Position numbers and translations under genes: made by a program. From positions 62,001 to 126,000 of the forward strand of contig JAYWIR010000054.1 in the NCBI GenBank assembly GCA_036172245.1: DNA of 64,000 nucleotides, read 5' to 3'. The first letter of the stretch is position 1. Every line of letters begins with the position of its first letter. The DNA is from Raillietiella orientalis. Lineage: Eukaryota. The notes beneath the pieces are model-generated. The model worked only from the letters and a program-made list of their open reading frames with translations, made no database searches and was not told the DNA's origin. This document shows, piece by piece, positions 52,451-64,000 of this stretch.

Positions 52451-53399
52451 ACTGAAGAGGGTTTGTTCCGAAGAAGTGAGCTACGAAGACGTAGGTCAAC
52501 GCGCGTGAGGGCCACCGGTCACCGCGGGCACGCAGGAAGTCCCAGTGGCGACACCCGCCTAGCGCGCAGAGGACAACTTACCTTCGACGCGTGATTCAGA
52601 TTCGACTCCTGCACAGAGTACGCAGCCACACGGCCTGAAACGAGGGCTGTCGGGCATGCAGGGAACGCGCTCCCTCCCGTCACAGGAAGGCCATGAGTTT
52701 GGCTTACCCGTTCCGAATTCCATGCTCTGTGCGTGACGCCAGGTGAAACGCGAGCCTTTTCCCTCCCCACTGCCGACGCGGGAAGCCACCACACCGCCGC
52801 GAGTGCATCCGCTCGTCAGAAAAAAAAGATTGCTTCGACCTCAAGGACCGGCTGCACAAAAGCCCAGGATGGCGCAGCCGATTTCCCTTCTTCTCTGGAA
52901 GGAACGAACAAGCCTCGTGACCTCGTCTCTCAACGTATTGACACAAGCGCGTAGGTACCTGCGTGTTCCATGAGCTTGTGTGGCACCCACTCGTATGGAT
53001 TGGCTCTCGGCAGGACCCGGAACACCTCTCGTTCGTAATGCACTCTAAGAGAGCAAGCACTCGAAGATGGGGAGAACGTGACCAGCCTCTGCTCACTTTA
53101 GGAGGCCCATCGAGCCCACCTCGGAAAGGTGGAACTGCCTGCGTCTCGGCATGTATGCCCTGTGCTCGCTGCGGAAGATCATAGAGAGTCCCAACATGAG
53201 CACTTTAGTAGAGCTCATCCCTATTGCCGCAGAGCTCCCCCCACCCCTAAGAAGGGCGAAAAGTAGCAGAAATACCAGCTAGCGAAAGGGAAGGCTCCTG
53301 TGAGATTGCTGGCAGGAATAAGAAAATGAGCGGGCGGACCATGGGGCAGCTGACCGACGCTGCGACCCCGAGTGCTCATCCAGGTGGACTTGCATGCTG

Positions 53400-56300
53400 G
53401 GGCGACCTACTCGGTTTTCCTTGCGAAGACCTGGAATAGATCCCGGAGTTTCTTGAAGAGCAGCGCCTCACACCTGGAGCGTTAGATGTCGGCACTTCTG
53501 TTGCCGCACTGGCCGGGGTCCTCCCTGCAACTCTGGGGTCGAGACCTGCTGAAGACTGCCCTCTAAATCTTCTCGAGGGTGCCGGCATCTTCTTCGGTTT
53601 TTTTCAGTTGAGGATCTCGCTGCCCAACGCAATGTAGGGCGAAGTGAATGGCATTCCTGGCGCAGCCTGACGTCGCTCCAGGCGGCCGCAATCCCGTGTA
53701 GACAGCAAAGCGCTACTTGAGGTGCAGCCGGAGGCAATGCTTCGCGCACGAAGAGGGGTCTGAGTGCGTCCCCGGCGTCGTCAAATGGGCGTGAGGAGAG
53801 TCGTCGCTGCAAAGCGTCCCTACAGCAGCCGCAAGGCAACACGACCACGGGCAGGCGAGGGGAGGGATTCGCGTTCTACGCACCTGCTGCAGTCTGGATC
53901 CATCCCCGTTCTCCCTGAAAAGGAAATAAGTGGTTGCACCATGGAGAAGTTGACCAACGCAGCGACCCGAATATCCTTCCACGTGGACACTTTCACACTG
54001 GGGCGAGCTGCTCGGTTTTCCTTGCGAAGACCTGCAGTGGATCCCGGACTTTCCTCAACAGCAGCGCTTTCCCTCTGAAGTCGCATGAGTAAGCACTCCT
54101 GCTGCCGCATCGGGGTCTTCCCTGCGGCTCCTGTCGGCATCACTGGACGCTGGGAAGCACGAGTCCGGGCTTCTGCCTCAGTCGGTCCGGACTGGTGGTG
54201 TTCTGGAGGACACGTTGCGGGGACCAGCACCATCCTTCGGGCGGCGCTCCGCCGATCGAAGGACTCTGCTGCGGACTTGCTGCGGCTCTTCTTCACTCCA
54301 GGCGGGCTGAAGACGGGCGCTGCATCCGCGCCATAGTGACAGTCCTTGATGTGTGCTGGAGTCACGTTCGCAGCGAAGGGAAGTTACCACATGGCAGCCG
54401 CCTTCATGAGGCCGGCTGCAAGGTGCCCTCACCTGCTAAGAGAGGTCATCAGTGAGATCGCCTCCATACGCAGCCTCTTCTAGGAAGGAAGGAACGAATG
54501 AATCCAATGACCCCTGTCCCTTCAGCCCCCGTCTCCTTTTTGTATTTATTTATTTGTTGTCCCCTCCTTCCGTTCCCTACTTTTTGGAAGCCACCCCGCG
54601 TGCCAGTGCTCACCCCTAATGAACGTTATTTCCTTCTTTCCCTGGCATCTGTTGTATTGAGAGGACAGCGTCCCCCTCTGCCTTGTCATTCATTTTTTTA
54701 AACAAACGTCCCGTCGTCACCGGATGAAAAGCTCAGGTGCGGGGAACGGGAATGTCTCCCGCACCTGCTTGTGGACAGTGTCGCTTCGCGGCTCCTGTGG
54801 GAACGTTTTGGGACGGCGCTGCGGACCCGGTTGGCAACCGCAGGAGCGTTCTACGACCCCTCTTCGTGAATTCTTCCATAGATCAGTACGAAGCAACTGC
54901 CCTCTCCATCCGAGGCCTTCCTCAGATGATTGCGAAGCGTCGGAAATTCCAACAGATTTTCTTCATCTGAGGTCTTCCTCCATGCTGTCCTCGCAGGAAT
55001 TGTCCCTGCGAAAGAGGTCTTCCACCATGTGCATGCGCATCTTTGACGTTCATCATTTTCTTGAGGGATGCTCCACCGCTAGTAGCGTCGGCAGCTCTTT
55101 TCTGCATCCACAGTATTGTGGCCTCCTGGAGAGACGCTGGAGAAGGATAGTCCGAGAAGGAAGCCATCGTCTACGTGCTCCGCTTTCTGAGGATGGCAGC
55201 AAGATGACCTCATCTGGGCGCTATCTAGACATACCTAGGATCCAGCATCCTGGAAAGGACGCAGAGGACGCCCTCCAGCGGGCAGTGATCTCTTCCGGCC
55301 CTCCAGTATTTTTTTGAGGAGGGGTTTCTTGGTTTAACCCCTCCCCTCGAATGCCGAGGTGCGTGGACCGGCCAAGTGCACTCCTTCGCTGCCGAGGCGG
55401 ACCTCTCCGGTCCACGCACCAGCAGCCGGGCAGGTCCATGCACAAAATTAACGTGGTAGGACCACGCTTCCTGCCACAATTTTGGGGTTTAACTGAATTT
55501 TAAGAAACGTTCCGGTGTGAAAATAGAATAGACGGCACGCCATGAGCTCTGGCAGTTAACGAGCGCATTCGGGTGAAAAGCTACAGGGATCATAATCTTT
55601 TAGAGTGACCCATCTGACAACAGACGAACGCTGAAGTTTTCCGTCCGGTCACTCCAGGGCGTTTATTTAATAAAAAGGAAACCGAATGGGAACATGCTGG
55701 CTCCTGACCGAAGACAGAAGTTCAGGGAACGGTTCCACCGACATACAGCTCGGGATATTTGACAGTCCGAAACGGGGCGGAGGGGAAGGTGTCAAGAAAA
55801 AACTAAGGAAATGTGGGAAGAATGGGGCTGGGTCTTTGTTTTCGCTCCGTAGTCACCAGGAGAAATATAGAGAAAACCGAGAAAGGGAAGCGCCGGTCCA
55901 TAGCGAAAGGGAACGGGCAGTACCGGAAACAGAGTGAATAAAGGGAGGCTGGGGTCAAGGGTCACGGTATCGGTAGTTTCTCCACTTTCAGAACCGGCGC
56001 TGGGTGTCTATCTCCTTCACCTTTTGCAGGTGAGGCCACCTTGTGACCGTCCTTACGCAGGCGGCGCTGCCATCCCGTTGACTCCCCTCTGCTGCTTCCT
56101 CTCCTCCGGCACGTGGAGGCGCGGTGGCGCAGGATGGCGCGGATGGCGCGGATGCAACATGCTGCCGCGATCACTATGCCCGTCGAAAGTTCGTCGTGCA
56201 TGAAGAACCGCCGCAGCAGTTCGCTGGCGGTGTCCTCTTCCGCCACGGTTCCTGGAGTGCGCCTCAGTCCAAGAGCAGGTGAGCTGTAATGGACTCCTCC

Positions 56301-59300
56301 GACCCGCATCTGACACGGTCAGGAAGTGCAACTCCTGAGGACACGAGGGTGCTGCCGTTCATTGGACCGGAAGCCCCAGTCGAGGAAGAGCAGCACGGCC
56401 TGTTCCCAGGAGGGAAGGAACTCAGGTCGTTCATTTTCATATTTATTCATTTTGCTTTCCTTTTTATTCTCCTCCCTTTCCTCCGTTGCCAAGGCAGCCC
56501 TCGACGGTCTGAGCACCGGCATCCCGGAGGCTTTCCCTGCGAGAGTCCCGCTACTACCTTTCGTTGGCTCGTTCTCTGAACTCCAGCAGACGAGCTTGGG
56601 CGCAACCGGGTCACGCTGCCACCCAGGAGCTGTCCCAGGGATGGGGAGGACCCATCCTTCTCACACCGGCGGGAACCAGCGTCCGCATCAGCAGCAGCAT
56701 TGGCTCCCAGCGGAAGCCATGCCGCGGTGTGGCGCTCGGAAACCTCCATTCTGCAGCCAAACCGTCCCGCTCCCGCTAGGAGCGCTGGTGTCCGTTCCGT
56801 CCCTCTCGCGCACTATGCCCGAGAAACACGCAGACCCATCTAGCGGGAATGCCGCGCTGCAACTTGGAGGCGTTTCCCAGTAGGCCGCACGCGGAGCAGT
56901 GCCCAGGGACTCAATGCAGCCACGCCTCTCGGGAGCTGCTGCCGGTAGCAGCGATTTCCCTTCCCGCATCGCCTCTGGCGACTGTGGATCAGTTCGTTCT
57001 CGCGACCGCCCTTCCGTTCCCGGGGCGCGGATGTGACGCCGTGCCGCGACCGTGGCCTCGAGGAGCCTCTTCGGTTTTTGGTCAGCTGGCCCCACTTACG
57101 CTTGCATTGGGCAGGCAAGGGCCGACCGCCGACGGACAGACCGGGGTTGCCTCTTCCGAGGTCGCGACGGCCCACTCAAGGCGTGGCGCTCTGGAGACGA
57201 CCGTAACCTCGTTCCTTGGAATCTCCAGCGACGAGGACACCGCCGGAGGCAGTCCGCCCTCGGACTCTCGCGTCCCCATCTTCTGGGCCGAGGACGACGG
57301 CCCCCAGTAGCCGGTTCCAGCAGCAGGTCGGTGCCCACAGCAGCGACACTCCCGGCCCGTGGCGTGAGGTCACTCCAGCTGCCTGTGCAACGGCGTCGAA
57401 AGGAAGACCCGACGTTCCTGCAACGCGGGGGGAGGGAGGGGGAGGCAGCTGAGCCCACTCGCACTAGCGAAGGGGTGGTGGTGGTAAGTGCGCGTCCAGT
57501 TCGATCTGCAGCGGCCCCCAGGAGCAGACAATGCTGCTGAGTCCACCCTTCGCGCAGATGCCGGAGGCCGAGCTACGCTCTGAAGGAGGTCCGGACGCCT
57601 ACGCGCTGCTCTGTGTCCCCCACCGAATGCTCACGAGGCCGCCGACGCGCCATGGCGCCGCTGCTGCAAGTCACGCGTTACTGTTTATTTACTTTGCACC
57701 CCGGCCAACATCTCTGCTGGTCGTTTGCGTCATGACGCCTGCCGATCGCTGATAAAAACAAAGAAAAATACGGGTTCCCGGTACCCAAAAAAAAAATGCA
57801 AAAAAACACAAAAAAGGAGGAGGAGGTGGCTCCGCTGAACCTCCTTGGAACCACTCAGTGCAGCTGCCACTCTCGGTGTCCTTACAGGCGAGAACTGGCT
57901 AAGGAAAGGAATCCCGTCATCTGCGACACTTTCACGACAACTTCCGAAGCTTTCCGATTGCTCAATCCAGAATCTAGAGGGTACTGCTTTGACCCCCTGG
58001 AGACACATATCATTTCAACCTTTTCGTGCCTTCCTTCTGACCTGTATTTTGGATGCGCCTCGCGATTTTCGTGCTCTTGCGTCACAAGAATTTTTCGGCC
58101 GGCAGAGCGCGCGTGCGCGCGCTTGAGAGGCGGAAGACATTTTGAAAAAAGACCTTATCGCTCAAGAGCGGAAGAGTTCGAAAGGCGTATTTTTGGGTAA
58201 ACCTCTTGGCCTGCTTCACAGGTGACCATGTTAGCACCTGCTATGTTTGGACAGCCCGCATAAAACTCCGGAAACGGAGCATCCTTGGATTCCGTAAATG
58301 GGAAGCTCGAGACTGACGTGACGAATTCTTACCGAAAGTACTCAACGTAATCCCTAAAACGAGTTGACTTTAAGGGGCTGCTGAAGGGGCAGAGACCTGG
58401 TGGAATCGCCAATCTGGCAGTTTCGAGCATCGACAAAAACAACGGGCAAAGCTCGCACGAAATGGTTGTCGATAAGGTGAAAGAAAAGAATATCGGAAAC
58501 TACTCGATGGCGCAGGATTGGGTGCTGACCATTTGACAACCGAGTGCTCGCGTCCGCTGAAGACACATCCGCCATGACGGTAAGCTGGGCCAGCCGTCGA
58601 TTCTCATCCTGGACGTGAGAGAGGCCGGCATGCGTGACGCTCTCGCCGGGAGACCTTGGCAACACTCGCCTGCAAGAAGTGCACCGTCACGTTGCCGGCG
58701 TGGCGGCCAACCCGTTGGAATTGAGGAACGTGCGCACTCATCCGACAGGCTCTCCTGACAGTGCCTCTCCCCAGTCGCGCCCGAAGAGAGGCTGCGTAGG
58801 CCCGCCGGGAAACCGCCGTACCGAAGACGAGCGCGGGGAGCAGGGAACGAACGGAGGATGGAAGGAATCGAACACGCGCAGCTCCCGTCTTCGGGGATTG
58901 GCGGAGTCCCCCGCCTGGAAAGGCTTCAGTAGCCAGTGGTGCACTTGGTTTAACACCCGTGTGCGCCGGGGCGTTTGTTTTAAAAACAAACAAACATGTG
59001 TAGGGCCATCGGCCCTACAACGTCCGAAGGAGTTGGGAACCTGCCGAGTGACCGGCAGGTAGGCCCGTGAGGTTAGCCTCGGCAGCAAAGGGAGGGGGGG
59101 GAGGTAAACAAAAATAAAAATAATGCAAAAAATTAGGAGGGTTAGGGAAGGAATCAATGGGAGCCGGAGGGCATCCTCTGCATCCTTTCCAGGATGCCGG
59201 CAAGCCCCGTGAGAGTATGCCCCAAGTGGCGCTACCTTGCTGATGTCCGCAGGAAGCACAGGGTGAAGCAGATGGCGTCCCCATCACGCCGTCCTCCTTT

Positions 59301-59650
59301 CGCGTAGCTCCAGGCTGCCACGATCCCGCGTAGGCAGCAGCAAAGAGCTGCTGGGGATGCGGCAGGCAAAAGGACGCTGCTCACGAAGAGGTGTCCCTGG
59401 GATTGTCCATCAGTGCACCAAGGGCCGTTGAGTAACGCAACCACAGGGGCCGGAGGGCAACACAGCCTACAAGCAGGTGCGGGAGCTGGGACTCCCGTTT
59501 CCTGCAGCTGCAGCAGCTGCAGTCCACAGCTCCCCGGGTCCAGTGAGACCGGCGGGCGTTGAACCGGAGGTCCCAGTGCAACAGCAGAAGTGCCGATTTC
59601 TCCCACTTCAGGGGGAGGAGACCCGGTTGTTCTTCAGTGCTAGGAGCCAC
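53400..59650. mobile_element. Cluster of short decayed LINE fragments (mostly 3' ends) in both orientations
   Basis: The ORF2 C-terminal motif (LRR.F...C(I/L)(R/H)(A/G)I) recurs at ~53650(-), 54200(+), 56100(-), 59300(-). GCATCCTGGAAAGGA.GCAGAGGA.GCCCTCC is shared by ~55245(+) and ~59165(-). Confidence 0.65.
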
Positions 59651-59989
59651 TCGAGGTCTTCCTGTGGGATTCCCAGCAGCTCATCCCACCGTAATAGTCC
59701 TTTCGGTGGGGCACTTGAAGTCGCAAAGTCCGTGAACTGGCCCGCGGTGCAAACACCTAGCTCCTTCGATGTGCTAGTATTGGACTTGGTGGATTCCCAC
59801 AGCGGCAGTGTGGCTGCGGAATCCGCGCGCGGCACCAGGCGATGTGCCTTCGAATCCCGATCTGGAGTATCGACGCCGAGAGATGGGCTCCGCGTACCCC
59901 CTGCAGGATGACGCTGGCTTCGGGTGTAGCCCTGGTGGAAGCTGCGGATGCCCCCGTTGACTGGCCGGGATTTGAAGTTGACCTACGGG

Positions 59990-60480
59990 ATCATTCCAGG
60001 AAGCCCTTCCGGTGAAACTGTGAAAAATGGCAACCATCGCATACCATAGGCCTGGTGATAGTCCCCCGGGGACTGCCTCACTAAACTGCTGGAATCGCGC
60101 TACTCCCTTCAAGGAGCGCCCTTCAGAGAAACTTCGAAGCGTCCCTTCAAGGTTCTCTCCAGAGAGGGAAACGGGGAGCGTTTCCCTTGCGGATTTTCTT
60201 CGGCGAAGAAATAATGGAGTGACCACCTCCGGAGGGTCCCTCCGGAGAGAATGAGGAAGAGGTGGTTCCCTTCGGAGTTTCCTGGATCCAAAGCGTGTGG
60301 TTCCCCTATAACTTGAAGAGTGACACGCACCCTCGGGTGGCGTGGGCAGCACTTAAAGAGCTTCATGAGCCGCCCCGGAGGAGGCGGACGGTTCTTCACC
60401 ACTCGGCGAACCAAAATAAAAAATAGAAAACCCGAAAAGAGAAGAAGCAGCAAGGAAGCAGCGAAAACGGGAGGATCCCA
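59990..60480 (-). repeat. Interspersed repeat family copy C
   Basis: Similar to 12990-13430 and 18820-19050. Confidence 0.6.
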
Positions 60481-62412
60481 AAGCACCCTCCTCCAGCATC
60501 CTGTTCCTCAGCTGGGCGTGGCTCTCGAACGACAAAGCTGTAGCGTTGCATCAAAGGTTTGCCGCGACGTCTTCCGGCTAGTGATGTTTTCCTTTGTGCA
60601 CAGAGCGGATGGCAGCCATATCTTGCGTGTACGACGCTGGGGATTCTGTATCACGCTTCGAAGGTAAGTTAATGTCTGCGCGCTCGGCAGGGGTCATCAC
60701 TGAGACTTCCTGTGAGTCCGCAGTGTCCGGTGGCCTTCACGTGCGTCTTTGTAGATCGGTTCCCCGGTACCACGAGGGGAGGTGCTGCGTACTCTGCTAG
60801 AGAGATAGCTGGTTTTCTACTCGACGCGAACGTGCTGCATCCGTAGCTGGAATTCCAAGATGGGGTGACGCGCCGGCACTGCCGAGGTGGTTCGCGCACC
60901 GGCCGAGGTGGTTCGTACCTCCTTCGTCTTCTTTGGACACCCTTTGGTCCTTCTGTGAAACTTCTGTTGTTGTCTGAAGGGTGAGGCGAGTTGTGCTGCT
61001 TCATGGGCCCGAAATGTGGCACTGGGAAAGCCGGGAAGAAGGCAGGTGAGGCGCAGAGAAACCTCTCGAGCCGAGACAAGTAGAGGAGACGGAAGAGGGT
61101 AGGAGAGTTGCGGAATCTGCATCTGTAAGGTTTAGAAGCGAGTGCATCCGGATGCAGGCATCTTCAAGCAAGGCCATGTCGATGCTGAGCATCTCCATGG
61201 ATGGCATTTTCGAGCTCGTCGTCGCAGCAAAAGAGTCCCGCCTGCTCCCACTGCAACAAGCACCCGACCATCACCAGCGGTGGGCATGTCGGCGCCCTGA
61301 GCGCTGGCTGTCTCGGAAGGCACAGAGGGAAGTGGCCGAGTACCCTAGCTCGAAGTGCATTCCTTCGGCCCGCGCCATGCGGCTGGCAGATGGCCTCAGG
61401 GGGCGCCCCTGACAAAGCGATTGCACCACTCAAGCTCGCTGATCTTCACGGAAGGAACGGCTCGGACCTTCAGCTGGACTCACTGGATTCTTGCAAACGC
61501 GCAGTCGATCTGAGAGCCGGCCGACAAGTGGGTGCTGCTGCAGCGCGTGGTAGTCGACGGGTGTCATTCAAGGTAAAGGGACGGAAAGATGAAGAGATTC
61601 GGATGCAAGCATCCTCGTCTTTTCCGGAATATGGGAGGGCGTGGCTGTGGGTTTGACCTGTACACAAAATTCTGTGGTCGCTGTTCACCGCTGGGCAAGG
61701 TGTGCCTTGTAGAGGTGGTTCGCGGGCCCGTCGTGCCACTCCACAGCGGCGGTGTGCTCTCGGCGCGTCCGCAGAGCGTGCCCCGCAGAGATTCCTTTAA
61801 TCTTGCGCGTCTCGCTCACGGTCCGCCAGCCGCTATCTGCACGGTTGCCTGACTTCCCTTCCAATCTCTTCGCTCTCATGAATCCGTCGCACGACCGGCA
61901 CTTGCGCGACGTTGCGCACGACAAACGACGGAGTGTCCCGTGAATCGGCCAAGTGCGGATCCGCGCACGCACTGTGGCAGAGTCCAACCCTTCCTTCGGC
62001 TGCGGAAGCCTTGCCAAAGTGGCGAAGCAGGGGACGGGGTGGGGAGCGCAATGCCTCCAAGAAGCCGAGTGGGTGAGCAAATTTTGCATTCGCTCCCGTG
62101 ACGGACCGATCGTGCGAGCGGCGGAGTGGTCCGATGCAGCCACCACGGCGGCCCCACCACCACCCGGCGTCACCGCCAGCATTCCCACGAATATGTCGCG
62201 AGCCACCGAACGAGCCGTCTGACATAACGCACCTTCAGTGCTCCGCACAGTTTCCGCGGGCAACGTGCGATATCCCCACCGGGCATCGCCTCGCATTCGC
62301 TCTTTTGCCTTATAAGGACGGCCGCGTGGAGCAGACGGCGGTAAAACGTTGCTGTGCAGTGAAGCCTCTGGAGGTTGACCAACTTGCTTTCTGCAGACAG
62401 TTCGAAAAAAAG

Positions 62413-63183
62413 ATGTTCGCACAAGAAATCAAGGAAACCTTGGGAACCGCAGGTTCGAATCAGCTGAGTCCGCGGCAGAACCTCCATCCGTCACCACGTG
62501 ATGTTCCAGAAAAAGATCAACGAGAAGCGGTCCAGGTTACCCATGCAGGAAGGACTTGGAATGATGGCATTTGTGCGACACCTGCAGTGCAACTTCAATT
62601 GGCTATCATCAGAGGGGATCTGGAGGCTGTAAAGGTGCTTCTGAAGAAAGGGACCGACACTTCGGCTCGGAATGAGCATGGGAGCACTGCGCTGCACCTC
62701 GCTGTTATGTACACGAAGAACTGGATCATAAAAATGCTTCTAAACCGCGACGCAGACGTGAATGCGACGGATGCGAATGGCATGGCACCCCTGCATATTG
62801 CTGCTCACAAAGGATCCTTCCCTGTCGTCTTGGAACTCCTAAATCATGGAGCAGACGTGAACTGTGCAGTGCGCGTGGAGGATGACGCCAGTTCGCAGGG
62901 TTCCCTACTCCAGAAGAGGAACAAGGGAATTCCCGGGTCCGCTCCACCTTCCGATGACGGAGCGCCTGACGGGTGCGAAGGGAGAGCTCCTTCGAAGTAC
63001 GTGAATGGAACAACTCCCCTTCACGTCGCCTCCTACAAAGGGCGCTGCAAAGTGGCGAAGTTCCTGCTGGAACACGGAGCCAACCCCAACGCGAGGGACG
63101 AGAATGGGATGACCCCTCTACTGGTAGCCATTAGACGGGAAAATATCGGAGTGGTGAGTCTCCTCCTGCATCACAAAGCTTGA
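62413..63183 (+). pseudogene. Truncated ankyrin-repeat paralogue (no PRANC)
   Basis: Near-identical to the 16255 gene up to 62816, then divergent ankyrin repeats (NGTTPLHVA, ENGMTPLLVA). It stops mid-repeat at LLHHKA*, where it joins family 3'-flank sequence. Confidence 0.75.
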
Positions 63184-64000
63184 ACGCCTGCACACCGAGG
63201 AAGTCCGATCGACTGACCAGACGGCTACCTTCGGGTTGTGGAACGTGGAGTCTCTGCGTGTCGATGTTGCAGCAGTGGTGCTTCTGCGAGGAGAGAAAAA
63301 GGGCAAAGAAGAGACTAGAAAGTATGCCAGTTCGATGGAGGAGATGACCGTGCCTGAGGAGATTCGAGGAGCTGCCATGCCAGAAAGCATTGCACAGCAA
63401 AGGGTTTGATGTACCCTATTCCCGTAGTTCTCGCATTCCGACACTCTATGTGAAGGATTATTTTAAATGACATTACCAGGGGTAAATAAATGGTTTTTGA
63501 AATAAGCATCTCTCACATCACAAATTGTTTTTTTTTCCACATTTCTTGTTATCAAACACTGCACCAAAGTGATGGGTACTCGCAAAACTGAGATCCCCCA
63601 AGAACTTGCCTGAATCCCAAGTCTTTTTGGATTATTTGAGTTCTCCTTTTCACTGAATTTCTTGAGTCGAGTGCCTTGATGCTCCTTGAAGCAAAGATGG
63701 GCGAGTGATTGAACCCTGAGGAAATTATTTCTCTTTCAAATCAACCCTTGCCCGAAGGGTACGAGGTTCTCGAAATCACTTCAGAACCTGCTACGACTTG
63801 ATCAAAGCAAATCCAAGAAAACGAAAGTGGAACAGCGGCGTCCTTCGACACAGAAGACGGATCCCTTGGCAAAGGGACCCACAGCGTTGCAGCGAGCATG
63901 CTGGCAGTCCAATGAAAGAAGCGCACCTTACCCTAAGTGAAAACAGCAGTGAGATCTTCGCTCCTTCCGAGATCTACTGAAACCCATAATGGACCCAATG

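Noticed and set aside
1..64000. CRISPR array or prokaryotic operon
   Set aside because: No regularly spaced repeat-spacer array was seen, and spliceosomal introns and LINEs show the DNA is eukaryotic.

Overview
Eukaryotic (animal, probably arthropod-like) genomic DNA. A compact central block holds three spliced housekeeping genes: V-ATPase subunit C (+, 27207-29348), MTAP (-, 30009-31385) and a PAP2/lipid-phosphate-phosphatase gene (-, ~36080-43578). Most of their introns are only 41-54 nt. Both flanks are graveyards of decayed non-LTR retrotransposons (mostly L1/Tx1-like APE-RT, one Utopia/NeSL-like RLE remnant). Main observations: (1) a ~1.0-kb endogenous CRESS-DNA-virus segment (nanovirus/alphasatellite-like Rep plus a possible degenerate origin stem-loop) inserted cleanly into ORF1 of an RT-deleted LINE; (2) a family of ankyrin genes with a Wolbachia/poxvirus-type PRANC C-terminus, present as one near-intact intronless copy, one chimeric truncated copy and one copy split by a LINE; (3) a strongly diverged 5S-rRNA-like sequence that keeps three helices; (4) a PSGH->PSGN change in the PAP2 catalytic motif. 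All assignments come from manual translation and motif recall. No database searches were run, and boundaries of decayed elements are approximate.
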